Below are positions 10,296-21,576 of a DNA stretch of 64,000 nt, one piece after another. Source of the stretch: a virus (taxonomy: Duplodnaviria > Heunggongvirae > Uroviricota > Caudoviricetes); IMG/VR virus record IMGVR_UViG_3300025430_000014, positions 30,682 through 94,681 of that record. One strand, written 5' to 3'. The notes under the pieces were generated by a model that worked only from the letters and a program-made list of their open reading frames with translations, did no database searches and had not been told where the DNA came from. A program made the position numbers and the translations under genes. Within the stretch, counting starts at the first letter, position 1, and each line of letters opens with the position of its first letter.

Positions 10296-13200
10296 TATCC
10301 GCAGTTATTTTCGTTATTATTTTCAATTGGAGGTAATCCTTCTGGTGTGATAGTTGTATCTACTTCTGATTGTGTAAATAGATCTTCATCTTCTAATAGA
10401 CCTTCTACATTTTGTATTCCACCAAAGTAAGCCATGATGTTTTCATTTGGTATAGTCTCATCAGATGTGATAAATCCATTATCTATTACAGACTTTCTTG
10501 GTGTAAGATAGAACTCATTAGCAAACTTACCATCACCCCAAGCATTAATTGCTTTGTAAATATAGTTCAATTTTCCATCACCTCTATCATATGAACCAAT
10601 TTTTTTGAACAGTCCTTTGTTTTTATAAGACAAATCTCCTTCTTTTCTCATCTTAACTTTCTCAGCTTGAGATATATTCTTTTCCCATGTATATACAAGA
10701 ACATCACTGTCTGATTCTTTAGATAGAGCACTGATTCTTAATAGCTGAGGAATATCACCAGCCTTCATAGCATTGTATACATCTGCATGAAATGCCATGT
10801 TTTCATTGTATGTACGCTCATTATATATAGGATCATATTTAGCCTTAGCTGACATATGAGGAACAACATCACTATAGTTCCAGAATGTTCTTTCAAATAC
10901 ATTTAGTTTCTCGAAATCTGGAAGAGTTGATAACTGTTCCAAATCTGATAATGTATCATTATACACTCTCTTAATATCTTCATAAGGAAGGAATGATGTA
11001 AATGATATATTAGAATCAGTAAGACCTGATTGTAATACAGATAGATTAACAAGTTTATTATATAAATCTTCTTTATCTTCCCCTTTCAAATATTCTTTTA
11101 ACTCTTGAAATGCATGTATCAATTGGTTTTGATCATACACTTTATTGTTCTTATTTCTAATTTGAATGTTATTAACCTCACCAGGAGCACCAAAATGTGG
11201 CTTTAAGATGTTAATCACCTGATTATTATATAAAGGATGACTAGCATCTTTTTTAACATTCTTAACAAAGTTCCAAACCTTCTTAGCTGTATTATCATCT
11301 CCTATTAACTGAGACTTAATTTTCTTATTCAATCCTTCATTAGTTTGAACAGCCCAGTCAAATAATGTAGCTACAGCTCTTTGAGAAGTTCTTACAAAGT
11401 CTCTATCATTCATATCTATATAAGGAGTGAGAACTTTTTCTAATATGTCTCTTGTTCTTCCTTGATCAGCTTTTAATATTGTAGATAGAGCATTTCTTAC
11501 ATCACTTATATTTTCCATTAACTTTCCAAGGAACGAATTCTTTAATAAAGAATCTGCAGAATTAAATATACTATCTCTAGCAGCATCCAATTGTTGCATT
11601 TTTCTGAACAATAAGAATGGATCATTGAATGAAGCTGTATCAAAGTTAGTACCTTGTGTAAGCTTAAACATATGTTCAGCCATCTTAGCATATTTCAAGA
11701 ACTCATTAAGAATAAATCTTTGCTCAGACTTATCCACCTTACTAAGATTAGTTTTTCCTACATTATCAAGTAGCTTTTCTTTAGAAGGCATTTTACTAGT
11801 GAAATATCCACTACTAACATATCTCTTCTGAACTTTATTAAGTATTGTTGTATTAAATAACCATGTATACCCATTCTTTTCTAACTCACGTAAGTAATCA
11901 CGAACAATTGGTTGGTTCATGAAATAAGCTGTTGTATCAATAGGTACTCCAATCTTAGTTAAGAACATCCATGTAGAGGCTACATTTGGTGTAGCACCTA
12001 ATTCCATAATCCATGGACCCTTAGATATATCCACATAACCATCAATAAATTGTCCAAGAATATCAGAGATGAATTCACCATCTGCATTCTTAATCATTGA
12101 TAATGTAGGTTTGCCATCTATTTGATTATACTTCTCAAACTTAATTTTACCATCTCCTAAGAACTTAGCATCTGCAGCACTTAATAATCCTTTCTTAGCA
12201 TTAAAATCTAGAACAATAGGAGATCTCTGATTTAAAGAATGATTTGTTTGGTTCACAGCTGCAATACCAATTGCATATTTACCAGTTACAAATGCATGTC
12301 TTAATGTAGACATAAATCTTCTACTCAACATGTTACCAGTGGATTCATAATCAAATGATCCAAGTCCCATTTTATCTACAATTGTTTTAGCTAAACCTTT
12401 TAATTGATCAGCTGAGTTAGGGGTCGTAAGTCTTTCAAAGTTTAAAGGATGGCTAATTAAATTCTGTAAAGATTGAATATAAGCATTCTCTAAATTTCCT
12501 TTACCTTCACCTTTTAAAGATAACATTCTAGGAACACCCCTTTCACTATCATCTACATTTTTTAAGTAGATAGATAGTTTATCTATATCAAAATCCGATC
12601 CAACCTTCTTCACTAAAGCAGAAGGGATTACCACAGAATCACCAAACTCTTCAGGAAGAAATCTAGCTATTTTAAATACATCAATTGAGTTCTGTTTCTG
12701 TGTAGGAATACGAAAAGCTACACCTTCTAATATACCAGAATCTTTTAATTCTTTAATAAGTTCTTCATCAGATAGATCTGACTTAAACCATCTACCCACC
12801 ATAATCTCACATGTGCGTTGACCATCCTTATCTTCATAGAACTTAAGAGTATCAGATGTATATGCATTCTTACCATTCACCTTTACAGCTTCCACCTTAT
12901 TAGATTCTAATAATGTAGAAGGAACTTGCACTTTCATACCACCATTAATCTTAGGACTAATTACTTCTCTATCAGCAATAGAATATAAAATGTTTCTAAT
13001 TTGTTGGTAAGCAGGAGTGGCTTCAATCACTACATCACCATCTTTAAATCCTTGTAATGCATCAATGATATTGTCATTAACTTCTCTTCTAGTTAACTCT
13101 CTTCTTAATGTATCAGCTAACTTATCAACATTAGTTAACTTATATCCTCCATCTACTTTCTCGATATTAAATGTTTTCAATAGTGAGTTAACACCACTTT

Positions 13201-16200
13201 CAATCATTCTCTCAAGAATATTTTGGTTATTCTTTATCTCTTTATATAAAGGAGAAGCTTTTTCTCTTTCAGCTTCTGTTTTCAAACTGTACCAATCTTC
13301 ATAACTTCCTTTGTAATCAATAGGAACACCTGCTGCCATGAAATCTAATGTAGAAAGCTTGGTCATTTGAGATCCTCTTGTCACTTGGTTATCTTCTTTA
13401 GAAGGAACCTCAGACTGTACACTCATGATAGAGAATGGTACATTTACTATTCCATTAAATGGAGCTTCATTAAAATCTCCAGTGTTTGGATCATATAAGT
13501 TATGAACTTCTTCAGCTCCTACCTTTCTACCACTTTTATATACAGCATAGTCAATACCTTCAGCTTGCATCTTGTTATATAACTTAACAGCGTTAGATTC
13601 AGCATTAAGTTCTTTTGATGCTCTATAAGATAGGACAGTTAAGGCAAACTTATCTAATACAATATCATTATAGTTTTGACCATTTGCTTTATTACCAGTT
13701 ACAATAGGTTTACTAGGAGTGTATGTACGTCTGATTTGAGGATTGCCATCTCTTAATGTTCTCTTTTCAGCACTAGTTAACTTTTCACCTTTATCTTGTT
13801 TCTCCCATGCAATATCATATTCATATTGTCTTTCTTGTTGTGTATCCCACTCACCAGCTCTAATTTTAAAGTTACGATGTGCAGGTAGAGCAATAATACC
13901 ACCACCATCTGTTTCTTCCCATGCACCATAATTAGATAGATCATTAGTAGCAAATACATCACCAAGAGTTATTGTTTTGAAAGAATCTACATTAAAGTCT
14001 GTATGACCAATTTTACCCTTTGCAAATTTCTTATTCCAAACATTATTTAAAGCTGTATTCATTTCTACAGAATCAGCAATGATAGATTGTCTAGGAGAGT
14101 TAAAGCTTTTGATACGTTTTAATTCATCAGAGTATTGATATGGATCAGAATACAGCACCTTATGAAGCTCTATATTATTCATAATATAGTTAGCAGATAA
14201 TGTAGCTAATTCTCTTTCTAATTCTTCTGGTTTCATTAATTCTTTACCAAATGATAAACCTTCTGTCTTAAAGCCATTATCATATGCCTTTAATAAGTTG
14301 TAATCAATTAGTGTTTTCTTTAATGATTCTTTTTCTTTATTTATAAAGTCTGTAACTTTTTCAGCAATCTGATTAACTTTAGTATCTGCATCAGTAAAAC
14401 TATCATACACTTGTTCAGCTGTACCAAGTCTAGAGATGACATCATTGTGCAACTCTTCTCCTAGAATAGCCTTGAAGAAACGTAAGTCATTAGTGTTTCT
14501 ATTTTTTGCTACAGTACGATCTTCCTTAGCTAAGTTAAACTCATCTATAAAATATCCTCTGAATTTATCATGTATAGCTTTATAGTCTGTAAGAATATCA
14601 CTAGTATTAATTCTATTACCCATGAATAACATCCACTCAAGAGCAGCATCACCAGGAATTAGATTTAAATAGTATCCTTCTTTATTAAGATTGATCTCTT
14701 GTAACAGTCTATCTTTATAAGTTAATTTAGATGATTCTTTCTGTTTACCAGTTTCTTCATCAATAACACCACCAGCATATCCAGTGTGCATTAGTTGTTT
14801 AGCATCAAATTCTGCATCCTCATCTGCCTCAATTCTATCTCCAGATTCTTTATCAAACATTGAATACAGTAAGTCAGAATTCTTGCTAAATGTATCAGTT
14901 AGTAAGTATTCATATTGTGTACCTGTAAGTTCGCTTAAGTTATCAATTTGTGATAGATGATCATATAAATCACTAGCAGCATTTGTTCCAATAAATGATT
15001 GAGTCATCTCACCATTAATATTGTAGAATGTACTACTAAATTCAGGATTATCCATCTTAGCTTTAATCTCAGCTAATTGACGCAAACGCTTATCAATATC
15101 TAATGATTTACCAGAGAAGCTCACCACCTGTTTAGCTTGAGCAATACTCTGTCTAATACCATTCACTGCCTTAGAGAATAATGATTTCTCAGGCATTGTT
15201 GATAGTTTCTTATAGTCAAATTCAATACCAAGTTCTTTTAAGAAGTCTACTTGTGATTGTAAACTATCAAGTTTTACTTCTGTAATAGCACTTGCATTAC
15301 CATAATATATATTCTTATATGAGTTGTAAGTAAAGTACTTACTTCCATTATCTATAGATCCTTTAATATCTTCAATAAAATCTTGTTGTGTTTGTCTAGC
15401 AGCTGTAGAAAAGTTAGCATCTCCCACCTGTACATCACCATTTGCTAATAAATATACATTCTTAACTGTAGGAGATTGTTTCTTAAATGTTTTCCATAAA
15501 GAAGCCAATAGCTGTAAATCAGTCTTATTATCTAATTCATCTAAGTTTCTCATCTTACTAAGACGATTATAAAGCTTAGTGTACTTAGAATCTTTTATAG
15601 ACATGTCTTTAATTCTGTTCACCATTTCAGTGATGTTACGAGAATTATGTGTATTATTCATTACACTAATAAATGTCTCACTCATTGGAACTAATGTATA
15701 GCCTCCAATAGAAGATAGTTTATTAGTACCATCTATATTAGTAACAGGAAGACTAGCTAGCAATAATTTAATTGCTGCACTAGCTTTTTTCATATGATCT
15801 ATTTTACTAGCATCACCATATGCATCATCTTTAGACCTATCCATTGTAGGAATTAACTCATCATTCTCATCAAACTCAATACCATAAGACTTGATATATT
15901 CTTCATGTTTAGCTTGAATAGCTTCCCAGTTATCTAATATATTTCCATATAAAGTGTTATTTGCCTCAATTGCTGCATTTACTTCTTCAGGAGATTCATC
16001 AGTCATCTTTTCTAACTGAACAACATTCTCAGCAATTAAATCACCTAATTCATCTTGAAGCTTTTGATAAACTTCTGCTTTATTAGTGGTACCACCTACA
16101 AGATCAAATAATCCTTTATTAGATTCAAATAAATCTTTTACAGTGGTATAAGTCATGTGTTGCATGATATCATTAATCTGTCCACCTGTAAATCCAGCTA

Positions 16201-19200
16201 ATTTAAACTCACTGTTTTCATCACCAATAGCACTATCTATATTCACTATACCCTGTTGAGCAAATGATAATCCAGCTAAGTTTGGAGAGTATTCTGCATA
16301 ATAACCTGTACCAATATTCTCAAATAATCTATTTGTATTCTCTTCTGCTTTAGTTCCAACAAAGAATGTTTTAATCCAGTCTATAATCTGTGAGAAGATT
16401 CTAGATATTAATGACTTACCTTCTTGAGCATCTTGTTTTAATGTACGATCTCTGAACTCTTCAGCTAGTTTTTCTTTAATATCTTGATCTGTAGCTTCAG
16501 AATAATTAATCTCTCTAGCAGTGAATACATCTGTATAAGAACCTTTTCTGTTTCTAAATTCAGTTCTTATAGCATCTTGTTCAGCTTGAGAAGTAAACAT
16601 CTTCCATACAGCTTCAAACACCTCATGATAAGCTGTTCCCACTTCTGCATTTTGATATAAATAGATAGCACCATCCTTTAACATACCCCAAGCTAATTTA
16701 CCATTAGTTGCTTGAATAATGTTATTCACTTTATATACAGGAATATTTGGTAGGGTTTTACCTATCCATTGTTCTACCTTCTTCCAGTTTTCTGTTTGAA
16801 AATTATTTAAGTTACTATTAATCTGTAGTCTATAATCACTTCCTCTCTTGCTATCTCCTTGTTGCTTTCTCTGATTAATCTTTTGCTGTAAGCTAGGATT
16901 CACCTTAGGAGCTTCAGCAGTAATAGGGGCTTCAGGAGCAATGGCTGCTTGTTCTTTAAGTTGCTTAGCTATAATATTTCTAATAAGATTCTTAGCTATA
17001 GCAAATGCTTCTTCATCAGTTGAATCTGCTGTAACACCAGTGCCAGGAATTTCTGCTAATTTACCAGTGATTGTTTCTAATGTTATCTTAAATGCACCAT
17101 CTTCATTCTCATCAGGAAGTTTTATACCTTCAATAATTGCAGCATTAGGATCAAACTTTTCTGGATCAACACTAAATGTAATAGCTACATTTCCAAGTTT
17201 ATCAGAAAGTTTAATTGTATTCTTTTCTCCATTAGTATCAAACTTCTTACTCTCTTCTTTAGTGGTAGTCACCTTAGTTTCTTTAGCTGGTAAAGCTTCT
17301 GCAGAACTACTACTATTCTTATCTGCTAATGTAAAATAGATTCCTTTTCTATTAGTATCTGTAGCATTTTTAAGAGGTCTGATTTGTGTTGTCAAAGGAA
17401 TATCTACACTAGATCTTTTTCTTCCTTCTGGATCATTAGGAGATAATAAATATGATTGATAGTTCTGCCACTCTCTGGTTTTAATACCATCAGCATCAAT
17501 ATCTGTAATTTCTGTATACTTAGAGTTCCAAGGTTTTGTTTTAGAACCTTTTGTTAAAGATGAATTAACATTATGGTATAATCCAGCAAGTCTATCTATA
17601 ATAGCTTCTTTATTCTTATCAAGCTCTTTAGGATCAAGATAAAACTCTTGTTCATCTTTACCAATCTTTAATTTCATGTTCTCAAAGAACACACTACTAT
17701 ATCCAGCTTCTTTTCTATTTCCTTGAGCATCTGTAGGAGTACCCCAATATACCACTGATTTCAACCAGTTGTATAACATTTGAGATTCTCCAGATTTAAG
17801 ATTACCATCATTAATTAAGTTAATGGCAAGCTTATTAATAGCATTATATATTAATGTAGCTTCTGTACGAGTGAATTGTCTATTATCCACTTTAACCATT
17901 CCGTTAGCAGTGAATACTGTAGGCAATCCTTTGATGTTATTCATAGTGACAGATCCTCTTGTTTGAGCATCATCACTTGTAGCAACACCTATCACTCTCT
18001 TTGTTCTTAGTTGTTTATCAGTAACTAATCCAGCATCTGTTACAGGAGTTCTAGCATTATAATCTCTTTCAAACTTACCAGAAGCACTTAATTCTCCTAC
18101 ATAATCAGGAGTTCCAAAAGATGCTTGTATTTGGTATAAGTTAGATGTAGGAGAATCTAATGTTTGTTTTCTCCAGTTATTATATTCTTTTGTAAGAGCT
18201 TCTACATCTTCTTCTGATGTTGTATCTCTAAACATAGAGCCACCACCAGACCAAGTTAAAGTTTTAGGAAACACTTGATATATAGTGTTCTCTAATGTAG
18301 GTTTAGTTAATTTTTTACCATTAACATCTACAAAATATTTCTCACCACTAACAGGATCTACTCCCATTACAACTAATGCAATAGTTTGTTTAGGATCAAT
18401 ATCTTCACCACCTGTACCTTTATCTTTCAACCATTGTGTAAGACCAGGTACACCAATTATAGCTTCATTACCTGATGTAACAATAACACCACGAAAGTTA
18501 TCATTACCAGGTAGGTCATAAAAGTTAGCACCAAACTGATTAGCACGCACATGATGTGCTGCTAAAGGAGTCTTTTGAGAATATCCTTCAACAGGAGCAC
18601 TAGTACTATTAACTACTTGCTCATCTGTTTTTTTAGGATCTATTTCATAAGGTCTATCAAAATCAGCTGTAGGAACACTATCTGTATCTGCAGTAGTTTT
18701 TAACTCTTTAGAGAGATTATCGTTTTGTGTAAGTTTTTGCTTGGTAAGTCTTTCATCTAACTCAGCTTGACTATCTTCTTTAAACTTCTTCTCTATAGCA
18801 TCAGTTAACTCTGCATTGTTTAATGCATTAATATATTGTAACTTATCAGTTCCTTCTGTAGGCTTTTCAATACTAGAGAACTTCTCATCTTTTAAAGTTT
18901 CATCAATGGCATTATCCATTGTTTTCTTAAGCTCTTCAGGATCATGTTCTGTATTGGCTATATTATATCCTGTAAATTCTTCTGGAGTTAGATATTCTGT
19001 AGTTCTATTAGGGTTGGTTATCTGATATTTACCATCAACTAGTCCTGCATTAAGAGTTATCTTAGGAGCAAGAGTTAATGTATTATCTTCTCTATGAACA
19101 AGATCAGTTAAAGGATATGTATCTCCAACATTTAATTCTTTGTCAACTGTTTTATCAGTGTCATTTAAATCCACTTGTTTTATAGATGCAGCAGTGTTAG

Positions 19201-21562
19201 GAGTGCTAGGACTGTTCTTAAGATCTTCAACTATTTTCTTATTAGCTTCTGTTTGTTTTTTTACAGCATCAAATGTATTTCTAAAATTAGTCTTATCTAT
19301 AGATGATCTATATCCTTCTTTAGTAATTTCTAAAGACTTTTCTAATGCTTCATTTTCATCTAGTAATCTATTTGCTCTAACTTCTTGAGGAGATGATGGT
19401 TTTTCCACCTTCTCTAATATTCCTAATCCTGCTAATTCAGCAGTGTTCTTTCTCAACTGAGAGTTAAAGAATATCTGATCTGCTGCATTGAAGTATTGAT
19501 AATTCTTTACACCTTCAATATATTGACCTGCAAGTTTAACTTCATCAGGATTATTCTTATCTATATTAAGACTAGTGAATCCAGCATGTCTTTGATCAAT
19601 AGCATCGTGTGCCTTTTTCAATTCTAATGCATGAGTGATGTTTCTTTGTAGTTGAATTTCAGGAGTAATTTCTATACCTGCTTCATTATCATTCACTCTA
19701 TTAATATCCTCTTTTTGATTCTTAGCTTCAAACCTTAATAGATTATTTAAATACTCCATTCCATTAGGATCATCAAAGAAGTTCTGACCTAATGCAGCTA
19801 ATGAATTAAAGTTTAATTGATCTAATGCTAATTTATTACCATCTTTAATAGCTTGTACCTTTGCTAATATTTCAGTTTGAGAATCCATTAAAGATGCTCC
19901 TAATGAAGCAAGTCTTTCTTGGTTAAACTTAGGTTGAGGTTTTCCTTCATTATCAACAGTTGTAGCTATAGCACCTTTCTCATCTTTTTCAAAAATATCA
20001 TCTGGTGTATTAAAATATCTTCTTCTAGCAGTTGCTTGCAGTATTCCTTTTTTAAAGTTTTCTGCAGCTTCATCTTGTTTTGTATATTCTTTTGTAGCTA
20101 TACTTTTAGCATGTCCACCTAAGGTCATTAACATACCTTGAATAGTACCTAGAGCAATATTGTTCTGACCATTAGGATCATTAACATTATCTATCCAGTC
20201 TGTCATGATACTAGCAAATCCACCTTGGTCTTTCTTTATACTACCATTTTTTACTTTACCAGCAATAGAGTCTTCTAAATATCTACCAATGGCTACTTGA
20301 GCACTTTCATTTTGACCATGCTCTAACCCTGTTAAAAATGTCTTTCCTAATAATTTACCTATTGTAGGTTTAGAACTAGTCACTGTAGTTTCTAAAGCTT
20401 CAAGTGTTTCTGCATTAAAATATTTCTTTAATGCACTTTGAGCAGTTTTTGCTGTAGAAAATATCTGAGGAAGTTCATATAATGATGCACCTATACTTAA
20501 AGGAAGTGTATAACCAAATCCTTTCATTGCACCCTCTGCTGCTTTTTGTTCTATCTCATCATCTGATACATTAATTAATCCTTGATCTCTTTGTTCTTGT
20601 AAAGATTTTCTAATTGCCACTTGAGCTTCTTTACCATTCAATCCAGACTGACCAATTACATTCCAAGTGTATAATTCTGCTTTTTGAGCACCTTGTATAA
20701 GTCCTTTAAATCTTAATGCTGTAGCAGCCTCTAAATCAGAAGCTCCTGTACCAGCCACTTTATATATTTGGTTACCTAGCATTTTACCAAGCTTACCATA
20801 TAATTCAGGATTTTCAGAAAGAGCTTGAATTCCTTTTGCTCCAAGTCCTGTAGCTCTTAATCCTCCAGCTTCTTCCATTGCTCCAAATAATCCAACTCCT
20901 TTAGCTTCTAATGCTCCAGGAGCAATCATAGATGCTGTAAGAGCAAGACGATCTGCAGCATCATCTAACCACCAACTAGAAGTGGTTAACTTACTCCAGA
21001 TATTACCATTAGTGTATTTAGCACTTTTATATATAGGATTGGTTTCTTCCACTTTGTTTTTCCAAAGATCTCCTAGGTTAGTCATGAAGTTATCTGTCAT
21101 TAAAGAGACAGCATTTCCATTATTAACAAGATCTCCTTTTCCACCAACTGCTTCATTTGCTAAATTAGCTATTCCACCAATAGCTGCAGGAACTGCACCT
21201 AATATAAATCCAGCATTTTGTAAGAAATATGCTCCTGTTTTATTAACAAAGTTCCATCCAGCATTTGCCACTCTATCTAGTCCAGATTGTCCTTGTGCAT
21301 GATAATCCTCTTGATCTCCAATAGTGGGATTATAAACACCATATCTTTTATTATCTATTAATTCTTTTGTACTATATACAACATCAGGTTTACTATAGTT
21401 AGATGTATCACTATAATAATCAATTAGGTCCATACCATTAGTGCGTGGTGCAGCACCATCACTATCAAGTTGTGGAATTACTGCAGCTGGATTGTAAGCA
21501 GACTTACGTTCTACAGGAGTATCAGGAGTTATTATTGGATCTAAACCTTGAAAATCTGGCAT
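10295..21562 (-). CDS. Giant virion protein (3755 aa) with a putative double-psi beta-barrel RNA polymerase catalytic module (beta-prime-like RIPT...DFDID). Candidate virion-packaged RNAP of crAss-like type
   Basis: Complete ORF, ATG at 21562. AFRIPTQK is encoded at ~12701-12720 and VGSDFDIDK at ~12575-12601 (DFDID codons 12581-12595). This matches the NRAPT...NADFDGD architecture of the beta-prime DPBB. A GNKANG segment lies ~330 aa upstream (13679-13696). Confidence 0.55.
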   Translation of the reverse strand: MPDFQGLDPIITPDTPVERKSAYNPAAVIPQLDSDGAAPRTNGMDLIDYYSDTSNYSKPDVVYSTKELIDNKRYGVYNPTIGDQEDYHAQGQSGLDRVANAGWNFVNKTGAYFLQNAGFILGAVPAAIGGIANLANEAVGGKGDLVNNGNAVSLMTDNFMTNLGDLWKNKVEETNPIYKSAKYTNGNIWSKLTTSSWWLDDAADRLALTASMIAPGALEAKGVGLFGAMEEAGGLRATGLGAKGIQALSENPELYGKLGKMLGNQIYKVAGTGASDLEAATALRFKGLIQGAQKAELYTWNVIGQSGLNGKEAQVAIRKSLQEQRDQGLINVSDDEIEQKAAEGAMKGFGYTLPLSIGASLYELPQIFSTAKTAQSALKKYFNAETLEALETTVTSSKPTIGKLLGKTFLTGLEHGQNESAQVAIGRYLEDSIAGKVKNGSIKKDQGGFASIMTDWIDNVNDPNGQNNIALGTIQGMLMTLGGHAKSIATKEYTKQDEAAENFKKGILQATARRRYFNTPDDIFEKDEKGAIATTVDNEGKPQPKFNQERLASLGASLMDSQTEILAKVQAIKDGNKLALDQLNFNSLAALGQNFFDDPNGMEYLNNLLRFEAKNQKEDINRVNDNEAGIEITPEIQLQRNITHALELKKAHDAIDQRHAGFTSLNIDKNNPDEVKLAGQYIEGVKNYQYFNAADQIFFNSQLRKNTAELAGLGILEKVEKPSSPQEVRANRLLDENEALEKSLEITKEGYRSSIDKTNFRNTFDAVKKQTEANKKIVEDLKNSPSTPNTAASIKQVDLNDTDKTVDKELNVGDTYPLTDLVHREDNTLTLAPKITLNAGLVDGKYQITNPNRTTEYLTPEEFTGYNIANTEHDPEELKKTMDNAIDETLKDEKFSSIEKPTEGTDKLQYINALNNAELTDAIEKKFKEDSQAELDERLTKQKLTQNDNLSKELKTTADTDSVPTADFDRPYEIDPKKTDEQVVNSTSAPVEGYSQKTPLAAHHVRANQFGANFYDLPGNDNFRGVIVTSGNEAIIGVPGLTQWLKDKGTGGEDIDPKQTIALVVMGVDPVSGEKYFVDVNGKKLTKPTLENTIYQVFPKTLTWSGGGSMFRDTTSEEDVEALTKEYNNWRKQTLDSPTSNLYQIQASFGTPDYVGELSASGKFERDYNARTPVTDAGLVTDKQLRTKRVIGVATSDDAQTRGSVTMNNIKGLPTVFTANGMVKVDNRQFTRTEATLIYNAINKLAINLINDGNLKSGESQMLYNWLKSVVYWGTPTDAQGNRKEAGYSSVFFENMKLKIGKDEQEFYLDPKELDKNKEAIIDRLAGLYHNVNSSLTKGSKTKPWNSKYTEITDIDADGIKTREWQNYQSYLLSPNDPEGRKRSSVDIPLTTQIRPLKNATDTNRKGIYFTLADKNSSSSAEALPAKETKVTTTKEESKKFDTNGEKNTIKLSDKLGNVAITFSVDPEKFDPNAAIIEGIKLPDENEDGAFKITLETITGKLAEIPGTGVTADSTDEEAFAIAKNLIRNIIAKQLKEQAAIAPEAPITAEAPKVNPSLQQKINQRKQQGDSKRGSDYRLQINSNLNNFQTENWKKVEQWIGKTLPNIPVYKVNNIIQATNGKLAWGMLKDGAIYLYQNAEVGTAYHEVFEAVWKMFTSQAEQDAIRTEFRNRKGSYTDVFTAREINYSEATDQDIKEKLAEEFRDRTLKQDAQEGKSLISRIFSQIIDWIKTFFVGTKAEENTNRLFENIGTGYYAEYSPNLAGLSFAQQGIVNIDSAIGDENSEFKLAGFTGGQINDIMQHMTYTTVKDLFESNKGLFDLVGGTTNKAEVYQKLQDELGDLIAENVVQLEKMTDESPEEVNAAIEANNTLYGNILDNWEAIQAKHEEYIKSYGIEFDENDELIPTMDRSKDDAYGDASKIDHMKKASAAIKLLLASLPVTNIDGTNKLSSIGGYTLVPMSETFISVMNNTHNSRNITEMVNRIKDMSIKDSKYTKLYNRLSKMRNLDELDNKTDLQLLASLWKTFKKQSPTVKNVYLLANGDVQVGDANFSTAARQTQQDFIEDIKGSIDNGSKYFTYNSYKNIYYGNASAITEVKLDSLQSQVDFLKELGIEFDYKKLSTMPEKSLFSKAVNGIRQSIAQAKQVVSFSGKSLDIDKRLRQLAEIKAKMDNPEFSSTFYNINGEMTQSFIGTNAASDLYDHLSQIDNLSELTGTQYEYLLTDTFSKNSDLLYSMFDKESGDRIEADEDAEFDAKQLMHTGYAGGVIDEETGKQKESSKLTYKDRLLQEINLNKEGYYLNLIPGDAALEWMLFMGNRINTSDILTDYKAIHDKFRGYFIDEFNLAKEDRTVAKNRNTNDLRFFKAILGEELHNDVISRLGTAEQVYDSFTDADTKVNQIAEKVTDFINKEKESLKKTLIDYNLLKAYDNGFKTEGLSFGKELMKPEELERELATLSANYIMNNIELHKVLYSDPYQYSDELKRIKSFNSPRQSIIADSVEMNTALNNVWNKKFAKGKIGHTDFNVDSFKTITLGDVFATNDLSNYGAWEETDGGGIIALPAHRNFKIRAGEWDTQQERQYEYDIAWEKQDKGEKLTSAEKRTLRDGNPQIRRTYTPSKPIVTGNKANGQNYNDIVLDKFALTVLSYRASKELNAESNAVKLYNKMQAEGIDYAVYKSGRKVGAEEVHNLYDPNTGDFNEAPFNGIVNVPFSIMSVQSEVPSKEDNQVTRGSQMTKLSTLDFMAAGVPIDYKGSYEDWYSLKTEAEREKASPLYKEIKNNQNILERMIESGVNSLLKTFNIEKVDGGYKLTNVDKLADTLRRELTRREVNDNIIDALQGFKDGDVVIEATPAYQQIRNILYSIADREVISPKINGGMKVQVPSTLLESNKVEAVKVNGKNAYTSDTLKFYEDKDGQRTCEIMVGRWFKSDLSDEELIKELKDSGILEGVAFRIPTQKQNSIDVFKIARFLPEEFGDSVVIPSALVKKVGSDFDIDKLSIYLKNVDDSERGVPRMLSLKGEGKGNLENAYIQSLQNLISHPLNFERLTTPNSADQLKGLAKTIVDKMGLGSFDYESTGNMLSRRFMSTLRHAFVTGKYAIGIAAVNQTNHSLNQRSPIVLDFNAKKGLLSAADAKFLGDGKIKFEKYNQIDGKPTLSMIKNADGEFISDILGQFIDGYVDISKGPWIMELGATPNVASTWMFLTKIGVPIDTTAYFMNQPIVRDYLRELEKNGYTWLFNTTILNKVQKRYVSSGYFTSKMPSKEKLLDNVGKTNLSKVDKSEQRFILNEFLKYAKMAEHMFKLTQGTNFDTASFNDPFLLFRKMQQLDAARDSIFNSADSLLKNSFLGKLMENISDVRNALSTILKADQGRTRDILEKVLTPYIDMNDRDFVRTSQRAVATLFDWAVQTNEGLNKKIKSQLIGDDNTAKKVWNFVKNVKKDASHPLYNNQVINILKPHFGAPGEVNNIQIRNKNNKVYDQNQLIHAFQELKEYLKGEDKEDLYNKLVNLSVLQSGLTDSNISFTSFLPYEDIKRVYNDTLSDLEQLSTLPDFEKLNVFERTFWNYSDVVPHMSAKAKYDPIYNERTYNENMAFHADVYNAMKAGDIPQLLRISALSKESDSDVLVYTWEKNISQAEKVKMRKEGDLSYKNKGLFKKIGSYDRGDGKLNYIYKAINAWGDGKFANEFYLTPRKSVIDNGFITSDETIPNENIMAYFGGIQNVEGLLEDEDLFTQSEVDTTITPEGLPPIENNNENNCG

Positions 21563-21576
21563 CTTGAATTCTTTTT

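Noticed and set aside
6772-21302. Numerous 60-130-aa plus-strand ORFs inside the giant minus-strand genes (e.g. 6772..6966, 8797..9060, 13017..13304, 16941..17339, 20982..21302)
   Set aside because: They are antisense to long, well-formed ORFs and have hydrophobic/Ser-rich low-complexity composition typical of antisense AT-rich frames
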